From: Acidobacteriota bacterium
GTDB taxonomy: Bacteria > Acidobacteriota > Vicinamibacteria > Vicinamibacterales > UBA8438
Assembly (NCBI GenBank): GCA_009838525.1
Contig: VXRJ01000035.1
Coordinates: 7,462 to 71,461, forward strand
DNA: 64,000 nt
Reading direction: 5' to 3'
Numbering within the stretch: the first letter of the stretch is position 1; every line of letters begins with the position of its first letter. A program made the position numbers and the translations under genes. The notes below the pieces were generated by a model that ran no database searches, was not told where the DNA came from, and was given only the letters and a program-made list of their open reading frames with translations. Below, one piece after another: positions 8,086 to 16,754 of the stretch.

Positions 8086-10407
8086 GTGAGCGGACGAAGC
8101 GTCCTTCCGGCCGCCGCCGTTGCTTCGGCAGCTCTTTGCCTCCTGATCGCGCCGGCCGTGAGAGCGCAGAATCAGGACGGGAACGCCGCTACGGCGGGCG
8201 GCCCGGAGCTGCTGCAGGCGACCACGGCCCGCTACTGTCTCGCCTGCCACAACGATCGGGCGCGAACCGCTGGCCTGTCCCTCGCCGGCGTGGACGCCAC
8301 GAACGTTGCCGGGCACGCTCCCGTCCTCGAGAGGGTTCTCCGGAAGCTGCGGTCCGGCGACATGCCGCCGGCGGGCCGGCCCCGCCCGGAGGCGTCGGCC
8401 GTAGCCGCCCTGACGTCGTGGCTCGAGACCGCCCTCGACGGCGTCGCGGCGGCGGCGCCGAACCCCGGCGCCCCTGCCATTCACCGCCTCAACCGCGCCG
8501 AGTACCGCAACGCCGCCCGCGATCTGCTGGCGCTCGACCTCGACCACGCGCGCGACCTCCCGGCCGACAACTCCGGCTACGGATTCGACAACATCGGCGA
8601 CGTGCTGACCGTGTCGCCGCTGCACGTCGAGCGCTATGTCGGCGCGGCGCGGCGGATCAGCCGGCTGGCGCTCGGCCAGTTGACGCCCCGGCCCGTGGTC
8701 GAGCGGTACGAGGCGACCCGCGGGGCCGGCGACGCAATCGACGCGCTGCCGCCGAACACGCGCGGCGGCATGCTGTTCCGCCACTACTTCGCCTTCGATG
8801 CCGACTACGTACTTACCGTCCGGGTCGGCGGACGGCGCGCCACCGGGATGCCGGCGCCCCGGCTTGACGTGCGGGTGGACGGCCGGCGGGTCCGGCTGTT
8901 CGAAGCCGACTTCGATCCCGAGGAAGCCAGCCAGGAAACGCGCAACTTCCAGGTGCGGGTACCAGTCACCGCCGGCGAGCATGAGATCGCGGCCGGGTTC
9001 CTGACGGAGTACGCCCGGAGCGAAGGGGACGCTACCGCCAACGCCTATCGCGTCGACTACGTCCTCGTTGACGGTCCGTATGACGCTGCAGGGTCCGGCA
9101 ACACCGAGAGCCAGCGGCGTGTTCTTGTCTGCCGGCCGGCCGCTGGCCAGCCCGAGGAGCCGTGCGCCCGCGAGATTCTGGCCGGGCTGGCCCGCCGCGC
9201 CTACCGGCGTCCCGTCGCCGCTTCCGATATCGATCCGTTGATCGACCTGTTCAGGATGGGTCGCGCCGACGGCGGCAGCTTCGAGGCCGGCATCGAGATG
9301 GCGCTGAGCGGCGTCCTGGTGTCCCCCAGCTTTCTCTTCCGCGCGCCGGCCGTCCCCGCCGACGCCGTGCCCGGCTCGGTGTACCGCCTTTCCGACATCG
9401 ACCTTGCCTCTCGCCTCTCCTTTTTCCTCTGGAGCAGCATCCCCGACGAGTCGCTGCTGGAGCTGGCCGAGCAGGGCGAGCTGAGCGACCCGGACGTGCT
9501 CGCCGCGCAGGTCGAACGGATGCTCGCCGACCCGAAGGCCCAGGCGCTTATCGACAACTTCGGCGGGCAGTGGCTGCACCTCCGCAACGTGGCGGACTGG
9601 AGGCCGGACCCGGAGCGGTTCCGCCAGTTCAACGACTCGCTGCGGTACGCGTTCCAGCGGGAAACCGAACTGTTCCTGGCCCACCTGATCCGCGAGGACC
9701 GGAGCGTGCTGGAACTGATCGACGCCGACTACACGTTTCTCAACGAACCGCTCGCCGAGTTCTACGGCATCGACGGCGTCCGCGGGGGCTATTTTCGGCC
9801 CGTTCCGCTCGCGGGCACGGGCCGCGGCGGGGTCTTGACCCATGGCAGCATCCTGATGGTCACGTCCTACCCCACGCGCACCTCGCCGGTACTGCGCGGC
9901 AAGTGGGTCCTCGAGAACCTGCTGGGTGCGCCGCCGCCTCCGCCGCCGCCCGACGTGCCGGAACTCGAGACCGGGGACGAGGGCTCCGCCGCCAGCCTGC
10001 GGGAAGCCCTGGAGCGGCACCGGGCAAGTCCGGCGTGCGCCGCCTGCCACGCAAGCCTCGACCCGCTCGGCTTCGCCCTCGAGAACTTCGACGCGGTCGG
10101 CGCATTCCGGACGGAGGAGGAGGAAGGCGTGCCGGTGGACCCGTCCGGGGCGCTGCCCGACGGCACGCTGATCGACGGTCCGGACGGTCTGCGGCGCGTG
10201 CTGCTGGGCCGCCGTCACGAATTCGTCGAGACGCTGGCCGCCAAACTGCTGACCTATGCTCTCGGCCGCGGACTCGAATCGTACGATCAGCCGGCCGTGC
10301 GGGAGATCCGGCGCCGCACGGAAGCGGGAGACTACCGGTTCTCGGCGCTGGTCTCTGCTATCGTCGATAGCGTACCATTCCGCTTCAGGAGGGCTCCGGA
10401 GCCATGA
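8086..10407 (+). CDS. DUF1592/DUF1588/DUF1585-type protein with N-terminal CxxCH heme motif
   Basis: Signal peptide after GTG 8086, then CLACHNDR. The long conserved body includes a C-terminal ACAACH motif. It precedes a DUF1552 gene with an ATGA overlap, the usual pairing. Confidence 0.78.
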   Translation: MSGRSVLPAAAVASAALCLLIAPAVRAQNQDGNAATAGGPELLQATTARYCLACHNDRARTAGLSLAGVDATNVAGHAPVLERVLRKLRSGDMPPAGRPRPEASAVAALTSWLETALDGVAAAAPNPGAPAIHRLNRAEYRNAARDLLALDLDHARDLPADNSGYGFDNIGDVLTVSPLHVERYVGAARRISRLALGQLTPRPVVERYEATRGAGDAIDALPPNTRGGMLFRHYFAFDADYVLTVRVGGRRATGMPAPRLDVRVDGRRVRLFEADFDPEEASQETRNFQVRVPVTAGEHEIAAGFLTEYARSEGDATANAYRVDYVLVDGPYDAAGSGNTESQRRVLVCRPAAGQPEEPCAREILAGLARRAYRRPVAASDIDPLIDLFRMGRADGGSFEAGIEMALSGVLVSPSFLFRAPAVPADAVPGSVYRLSDIDLASRLSFFLWSSIPDESLLELAEQGELSDPDVLAAQVERMLADPKAQALIDNFGGQWLHLRNVADWRPDPERFRQFNDSLRYAFQRETELFLAHLIREDRSVLELIDADYTFLNEPLAEFYGIDGVRGGYFRPVPLAGTGRGGVLTHGSILMVTSYPTRTSPVLRGKWVLENLLGAPPPPPPPDVPELETGDEGSAASLREALERHRASPACAACHASLDPLGFALENFDAVGAFRTEEEEGVPVDPSGALPDGTLIDGPDGLRRVLLGRRHEFVETLAAKLLTYALGRGLESYDQPAVREIRRRTEAGDYRFSALVSAIVDSVPFRFRRAPEP

Positions 10408-11738
10408 TCACCGGAAAGGCGCTGCCTCGCCGCACGTTCCTGCGGGGGATGGGAACCACCATTGCCCTGCCGTTCCTCGATGCGATGACGCCGGCGTTCG
10501 CAGCGCCGTCGAAGCCGACGACGCGGGTCGCGTTCGTCTATACCGCCAACGGCGTGATCATGGGGGACTGGACACCCACTGCGGAGGGGGCCGGATTCGA
10601 GTTCACCAAGACGCTCGCGCCGGTCGAGCCGTTCCGCGACAACCTGCTGGTCGTAACTGGTCTTGCCCACCGCAACGGTGAAGCGCTGGGTGACGGCCCC
10701 GGCGACCATGCGCGAGCCGGCGCAAGCTGGCTGACCGGCGTGCATCCGAAGAAGACGCAGGGGGCCGACATCCGGAACGGCATGTCGGTCGATCAAATGC
10801 TGGCCGAGTCCATCGGCCGCGACACGCCGCTCCCGTCGCTCGAGCTCGGTCTGCAGGATGTCCGGATGGTCGGCGGTTGCGATTCCGGGTACAGCTGCGC
10901 CTACAGCAACACCATTTCCTGGAGTTCACCGACAACGCCGCTCCCGTATGAGAACAACCCCAGCCAGGTGTTCGCGCGCCTGTTCGGCGACGGTGACACC
11001 ACCGACCCCGCCGTGCGGGCGATCCGAGCGCGGCAGGATCGCAGCCTGCTCGACTTCGTGGTCGGCGACGCGGACCGGCTGCGCGTGCGCCTCGGTGCGG
11101 GCGACCGGCGGAAGCTGGGCGACTATCTCGACTCCGTCCGCGAGGTCGAGCGGCGCATCCAGAACGCGCAACGGCAGGACGTGGAACTGCCGGCGTTCGA
11201 CCGGCCTGACGGCATCCCGCCCACCTTCGAGGAACACGTGGAGGTGATGTCGGATCTGATCACGCTCGCATTCCAGGCCGATCTGACGCGGGTCGTCACC
11301 TTCATGTACTGCCGTGAGGGGAGCAACCGAACGTACCGGTCAATCGGCGTTCCGGACGCCCACCACGGGCTGTCGCATCATCAGAACGATCCGGAGAAGA
11401 TGGCGCGGCAGGCGATGATCGACCGCCACCACGTCGCGATGTTCGCCCACGTGCTCCAGAAGCTCCAGAACACGCAGGACGAGGACGGGTCGCTGCTGGA
11501 CCATTCCATGGTGGTCTACGGGAGCAGCCTGAGCGACTCCAACGCGCACACGCACGACAACCTCCCGACGCTGCTGGCCGGCGGCGGCAGCGGCGCCCTG
11601 CACGGCGGTCGCCATCTGCGGTACCCCGACGGCACCCCGATGACGAATCTGTTCCTGACGATGCTCGACCGTCTGAACGTGTATCGCGACCAGATCGGGG
11701 ACAGCACCGGCCAGATTGCCCATCTGAGCGACATCTAG
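10404..11738 (+). CDS. DUF1552-domain protein with Tat-type signal
   Basis: RRTFLRGMG twin-arginine motif; 444 aa. 4-nt ATGA overlap with the DUF1592 gene. Confidence 0.82.
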   Translation: MITGKALPRRTFLRGMGTTIALPFLDAMTPAFAAPSKPTTRVAFVYTANGVIMGDWTPTAEGAGFEFTKTLAPVEPFRDNLLVVTGLAHRNGEALGDGPGDHARAGASWLTGVHPKKTQGADIRNGMSVDQMLAESIGRDTPLPSLELGLQDVRMVGGCDSGYSCAYSNTISWSSPTTPLPYENNPSQVFARLFGDGDTTDPAVRAIRARQDRSLLDFVVGDADRLRVRLGAGDRRKLGDYLDSVREVERRIQNAQRQDVELPAFDRPDGIPPTFEEHVEVMSDLITLAFQADLTRVVTFMYCREGSNRTYRSIGVPDAHHGLSHHQNDPEKMARQAMIDRHHVAMFAHVLQKLQNTQDEDGSLLDHSMVVYGSSLSDSNAHTHDNLPTLLAGGGSGALHGGRHLRYPDGTPMTNLFLTMLDRLNVYRDQIGDSTGQIAHLSDI

Positions 11739-11744
11739 GACCCC

Positions 11745-12962
11745 GTGGCGAAGCCACCCCTTGACGGACTGCGTGTCATCGACCTGACACGCGTCCTCGC
11801 CGGCCCCTACTGCGCCATGATGCTCGGTGACATGGGCGCGGAAGTGATCAAGGTGGAAGAGCCGACGCAGGGGGACGATACCCGCGACTGGGCGCCCCAC
11901 CGCGGCGGGTTCAGCACTTTCTTCCTGGGGCTGAACCGGAGCAAGAAGAGCGTCACGCTGGACCTGAAGTCGGAAGCGGGCGCCACACGCCTGCATCAGT
12001 TGATCGCGACCGCGGACATCCTGATAGAGAACTTCCGCCCCGGCAGCCTGCGGAAGCTCGGATTCGGTTACGACGCACTGGCCGAGCGGCATCCGCGCCT
12101 TGTCTACTGCTCCATCACGGGCTACGGCCATAGCGGGCCGAAGAAGGACCTTCCGGGATACGACGCCGTCATTCAGGGTGAGTGCGGACTGATGGACGTG
12201 ACCGGGCATCCGGATGGTCCGCCGACCCGCGTTGGTGTGGCCATCACCGACTTTCTGGCCGGCCTCTATGCGATGAACGGCATCCTGCTCGCCCTGCGCG
12301 ATCGCGATCGGACCGGCCGGGGCCAGCACGTCGACATCGCCCTGATGGACGCGATGACCTCGGCGCTCGCGCTGCCGGCCGGGATCTACTTCAACACCGG
12401 CGAGGCGCCGGGGCGCGAAGGCAATCAGCACCACTCACTGACACCCTACGAGGCCATCGAGGTCCGGGACGGCCTGGCGGTGGTGGCGGTCGGCAACCCG
12501 CGCCTCTGGTCGCAGTTCTGCGAAGCGCTCGACGCCGCCGATCTCCATGACCATCCCGACTACGCGACGAACACGGATCGGATGGCCAATCGTGAGGCGC
12601 TTGTCGCGGAACTCCGGCGCCGGCTGGCGTCGTTCACGCGCGACGAGTTGATCGGACGGCTGCGCGGGCACAACGTCCCGTGCGCGCCGGTCCGAAGTAT
12701 TGCCGAGGCGCTCGAGGACGAACATCTGCGGGCTCGCGAGATGGTCGTTGACATCCCGCACGACGGATTGGGCCAGGTACGGACGCTGGGCAATCCCATC
12801 AACCTCTCCCGAACGCCAGCGGTGATCGACCGTCCGCCGCCCGCCCTCGGCGAGCACAACGCCGAGATTCTGGGTGCAAGCGACGCCGCACCCGAGCCCG
12901 ATGACGCCGCGGCGCTATCCGTCAGCGACCGTCCGGACCGCCGTCGAAGGCGGTTAGACTAG
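11745..12962 (+). CDS. CaiB/BaiF family III CoA-transferase
   Basis: The GLRVIDLTRVLAGPYCAMMLGDMGAEVIKVE N-terminus is diagnostic of family III CoA-transferases. Confidence 0.9.
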   Translation: MAKPPLDGLRVIDLTRVLAGPYCAMMLGDMGAEVIKVEEPTQGDDTRDWAPHRGGFSTFFLGLNRSKKSVTLDLKSEAGATRLHQLIATADILIENFRPGSLRKLGFGYDALAERHPRLVYCSITGYGHSGPKKDLPGYDAVIQGECGLMDVTGHPDGPPTRVGVAITDFLAGLYAMNGILLALRDRDRTGRGQHVDIALMDAMTSALALPAGIYFNTGEAPGREGNQHHSLTPYEAIEVRDGLAVVAVGNPRLWSQFCEALDAADLHDHPDYATNTDRMANREALVAELRRRLASFTRDELIGRLRGHNVPCAPVRSIAEALEDEHLRAREMVVDIPHDGLGQVRTLGNPINLSRTPAVIDRPPPALGEHNAEILGASDAAPEPDDAAALSVSDRPDRRRRRLD

Positions 12963-12966
12963 GAGC

Positions 12967-13782
12967 ATGAACATTACGCCCCTGCAATGGCGCATCGCCG
13001 GGGGCGTCGGCGCGGTCATCGTCCTCGCCATCGCCGGCTTCTTCCTGTTCGGGCCTCAGAGCGAGGATGCGACGGAACCGTCCAGCGTCACGGCGGTCGA
13101 CGAGGGGCCGCCGCCGACAGATCCGCCGCCCGCACCTCCGCCACAACCGGACGAGGAGTTGATCCTGCCGCCGCTCGACGAGAGCGACTCCCTGATCCGT
13201 GAGCTGGCCACCGCGCTCGCGAGGCACCCCGGCTGGCTGGCGTGGCTGGCGACCGACAACCTGATCCGCACGTTCGTGGTCGTGGTCGACAACGTGGCCG
13301 AGGGAAACAACCCGGCCGAACACGTGCCGTTCATGAAGACGGAGCAGAGGTTCGAGGTCGAAGAGGCGGATGGTCAACTGCGCATCGCGGACACGAGTTT
13401 CCGCCGGTACGACGGCCTGGCCGCGACCGTCGATGCGCTTGACGTCAGCGGGTCGGCCCGGCTGTACGCGCAATTGCTGCCGTTGATGGATGAGGCCTAC
13501 GCCGAACTGGGCGCGCCGCCCGACGTCACCTTCCACGGCACGTTCCAGCGCGCCGTCGTCCGTCTGCTCGAGACGCCGGTAATCGAGGGGCGGACGGCCG
13601 TCGCGGAGCGCGGCCCGTTCTTCGCCTACACCGATCCGGCGCTCGAGAGCCTCTCGCCGGCGACGAAGCAGTTGATGGGGGTCGGCCCCGAGAACCTTCG
13701 CACGATCCAGGCCAAGGTGCGGGACATCGCCGAGGCGATCGGGCTGACCGATCTCCCACCCGGGAGCGTCCTGCTCCGCTGA
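12967..13782 (+). CDS. DUF3014-like membrane-anchored protein
   Basis: N-terminal TM anchor and Pro-rich linker. The conserved body (LPPLDESDSLIRELA...NLIRTFVVVVDNVAEG) is recalled as DUF3014. Confidence 0.6.
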   Translation: MNITPLQWRIAGGVGAVIVLAIAGFFLFGPQSEDATEPSSVTAVDEGPPPTDPPPAPPPQPDEELILPPLDESDSLIRELATALARHPGWLAWLATDNLIRTFVVVVDNVAEGNNPAEHVPFMKTEQRFEVEEADGQLRIADTSFRRYDGLAATVDALDVSGSARLYAQLLPLMDEAYAELGAPPDVTFHGTFQRAVVRLLETPVIEGRTAVAERGPFFAYTDPALESLSPATKQLMGVGPENLRTIQAKVRDIAEAIGLTDLPPGSVLLR

Positions 13783-13790
13783 CTCCTGGA

Positions 13791-15560
13791 ATGGCGGAAG
13801 CCCTCCGGGTCGCGCTCTGCCAGGCGAACCTGACGGTCGGCGACCTGGCCGGCAACGCGGAGCGCCTCCGTGGTTGCGTCCGCCAGGCCCGATCCGAGGG
13901 GGCGGACGTTCTGGTCTGCCCAGAACTCGCCATTACCGGCTATCCGCCGGAAGACCTGCTGCTGAAGCCGAGCTTCATTCGCGACGCGGCGGACGCCGTC
14001 GAGGAACTGGCCCGCGAGGTGAGCGGGATCATCGTCCTGGTCGGCATGCCGGACGCGGCGGCGGGGGGGGCGACGGCGGCGGACGGTGGACCCCGGCGGC
14101 TCACCGGCAACGCTGCGGCGGTTCTCGCGGACGGCCGGGTCGCCGGCGTGTACCGCAAGCACCATCTGCCGAACTACGCCGTCTTCGACGAGCAGCGCTA
14201 CTTCGGGCCGGGAAACCGCGCGCTGGTCCTCGACATCGGCGGCTGCCGCGTGGCGGTCACGATTTGCGAAGACATCTGGGAGCCAGGAGGCCCGGTCGAC
14301 TGGGCCACCATGGCCGGCGGCGCGGAAGTCGTCGTCAATCTCTCCGCGTCACCGTACCACCGTGACAAGGGAACGGAGCGGGAACGCCTGTTCGCGCACC
14401 GCGCCCGGCAGCACCGTTGCTTCCTCGCCTTCTGCAACACGGTTGGAGGCCAGGACGAACTCGTCTTCGACGGTCACAGCCTGGTGATCGGTCCGGACGG
14501 CGGCGTGATGGCGCGGGGGCCACAGTTCGAGGAAGCGCTACTGATCGTCGACCTCGATCCGGAACACGCCCGGTCGTCCCGCGCCGGCGACGGGCGGCGG
14601 CGGACGGCGGATGCCGCCGGTCCCGTCGATACACTGGCGCTCCCGGTGCGCGATCCGCACCTTCCCCGCCCGCCGGTCGCGCCACCATCCGCGTGGAAGG
14701 CGTTGTCCGACGAGGCCGAGATCTACCACGCGCTGACTCTCGGAACCGCCGACTACGTCCGCAAGAACCACTTTCCCGGCGCGGTGCTTGGCCTGTCGGG
14801 CGGAATCGACTCTGCCCTGGCCCTCGCGGTTGCCGTCGACGCGCTCGGCCCCGAAGCGGTCACCGCGGTCTCGATGCCGTCTCGCTATACCGCAGACATG
14901 AATCGCGGCGACGCGGCGGAGCTGGCGGCGCGGCTCGGCGTCCGGCTGATGGAACTGCCGATCGAGGACCTGGCCGGAGCGTACGGCGGAGCCCTGGCCG
15001 CCCCGTTCGCCGGCACGGAACCCAACGTCGCCGAGGAGAACCTGCAGGCGCGCATCCGCGGCAACCTGCTGATGGCGCTCTCCAACAAGTTCGGCTGGCT
15101 GGTTCTCACGACTGGCAACAAGAGCGAGATGAGCGTCGGCTACGCCACGCTGTACGGCGACATGGCGGGCGGCTTCGCCGTACTGAAGGACGTGCTCAAG
15201 ACGTGGGTGTACCGACTGGCGGCATGGCGCAACCGGGACGGCGAGGTCATCCCGCAGCGGATTCTGGACAAGCCGCCGACGGCGGAGCTGCGCGAGAACC
15301 AGCGCGACTCCGACAGCCTGCCGCCCTACGACGTGCTCGACGGGATTCTCGCCACGTACGTCGAGGAGGATCGCAGCCCGGTGGAGATTGAGGCTCTCGG
15401 CTTCGAACGCGAAACGGTGAAACGAGTCGTGCAGCTCGTGGACCGGGCGGAGTACAAGCGCCGCCAGGCGCCCCCCGGAGTCCGCATCACGACGCGCGCG
15501 TTCGGCAAGGACCGGCGGCTGCCGATCACCAACCGCTACGCGTCACGGGCGGGAGCCTGA
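13791..15560 (+). CDS. nadE: Glutamine-dependent NAD+ synthetase
   Basis: N-terminal nitrilase-like CN-hydrolase domain plus a C-terminal NAD synthetase domain (GLSGGIDSAL P-loop). Confidence 0.92.
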   Translation: MAEALRVALCQANLTVGDLAGNAERLRGCVRQARSEGADVLVCPELAITGYPPEDLLLKPSFIRDAADAVEELAREVSGIIVLVGMPDAAAGGATAADGGPRRLTGNAAAVLADGRVAGVYRKHHLPNYAVFDEQRYFGPGNRALVLDIGGCRVAVTICEDIWEPGGPVDWATMAGGAEVVVNLSASPYHRDKGTERERLFAHRARQHRCFLAFCNTVGGQDELVFDGHSLVIGPDGGVMARGPQFEEALLIVDLDPEHARSSRAGDGRRRTADAAGPVDTLALPVRDPHLPRPPVAPPSAWKALSDEAEIYHALTLGTADYVRKNHFPGAVLGLSGGIDSALALAVAVDALGPEAVTAVSMPSRYTADMNRGDAAELAARLGVRLMELPIEDLAGAYGGALAAPFAGTEPNVAEENLQARIRGNLLMALSNKFGWLVLTTGNKSEMSVGYATLYGDMAGGFAVLKDVLKTWVYRLAAWRNRDGEVIPQRILDKPPTAELRENQRDSDSLPPYDVLDGILATYVEEDRSPVEIEALGFERETVKRVVQLVDRAEYKRRQAPPGVRITTRAFGKDRRLPITNRYASRAGA

Positions 15561-15624
15561 CCGCGTGCGGGCTCGTCCCGCAGTCGAGGTTACCTATACT
15601 GGTCGAATCCGCGCGGGAGGAACC

Positions 15625-16692
15625 ATGCACCGAAACCGTCACTTGCCCGTTACCGCCGGACTGCTGGCTTTCATGCTTGCGGTCGTCCCGGCTGCCCCCG
15701 CTAGTGCGCAGTGGACGCCGGATCGTCTCGATGCCGACGGATCGGCGCTGCCCCGCACCCCGTGGGGCGCCCCGGATCTTCAAGGCGTTTGGAACAACTC
15801 GACGACGACGCCGCTCGAACGCCTGACCCGCGAGGAACAGGCCCAGGGGCGGGAGGCGCAGCAGGCGGTCATCGAGGCGACACGAGGCACGGGAGCGGGC
15901 TGGCTGGAGCAGGCCGGCGATATCGAGCGTGAATCGTTGATCATCGATCCGCCGGACGGTCGGATCCGGATGGCGGCGTCCGGCGTGCAGCGGTTGATCG
16001 ACCGCGAGAACGCCCGCGCCGGTCGCGGCGAGGCCGACTCGTGGAGAGATCGCAACAACTGGGAGCGCTGCATCTCGCGGACCCTGCCGACCGCGATGAT
16101 CCCCACGCTGTACAACGCGAACTACCAGATCTTCCAGACGCCGGACTATTTCGTCCTGGTGATGGAGATGATCCACGAGGCGCGCATCGTGCCGCTCGAT
16201 GGCCGTCCGCACGCCCCGGAGCCGGTGCGGCAGTGGCTTGGCGACAGCCGCGGGCGCTGGGAGGGCGACACCCTGGTCGTCGAGACGCTTCACTTCAACG
16301 ACCGGCTCGACGGCGGCGATTACCAGCCGTCGCACGTAACCCCGACCGGTCCGCGCGGGTCGGGGGAGACCCTGCGGCTGGTCGAACGGTTCACGCTGCT
16401 CGACGCCAACACCATCGACTACCAGGTGACGGTCGAGGACCCGCAGACCTTCGCGGTGCCGTACACGGCGTCCATCCCCATGCACCGGTCGGCGCCCGAC
16501 GTCACCTTGTTCGAGTACGCCTGCCACGAGGGGAATCACGCCATGGTGAATCTGCTTCGCGCTGGGCGCGCCGACGAGCAGCAGGCGATCGATGCCGCGG
16601 CCCTCGTTTCGCGCCAGCGGATACAGGCGGGGCACCCCGGTGTGCGCGAGCCGGCCGTCCCGTTCGCGCCGATTCCCAGTCGACCGCGGTGA
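15625..16692 (+). CDS. Secreted protein of unknown function, CHEGN-motif family (paralog 2 of 3)
   Basis: SD GGGAGGA upstream of ATG 15625. Signal peptide ending ASAQ. Carries the WGAPDLQGVW, DPPDGRI, GRWEGDTLVVET and YACHEGN motifs. A TATACT box lies at 15595-15600. Confidence 0.8.
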   Translation: MHRNRHLPVTAGLLAFMLAVVPAAPASAQWTPDRLDADGSALPRTPWGAPDLQGVWNNSTTTPLERLTREEQAQGREAQQAVIEATRGTGAGWLEQAGDIERESLIIDPPDGRIRMAASGVQRLIDRENARAGRGEADSWRDRNNWERCISRTLPTAMIPTLYNANYQIFQTPDYFVLVMEMIHEARIVPLDGRPHAPEPVRQWLGDSRGRWEGDTLVVETLHFNDRLDGGDYQPSHVTPTGPRGSGETLRLVERFTLLDANTIDYQVTVEDPQTFAVPYTASIPMHRSAPDVTLFEYACHEGNHAMVNLLRAGRADEQQAIDAAALVSRQRIQAGHPGVREPAVPFAPIPSRPR

Positions 16693-16754
16693 TGGTCGAT
16701 TGAGCCCAGGGCGAGCCCGGGGTTGTGGTATAACGAACCGAAGCTCGGCCGCTC

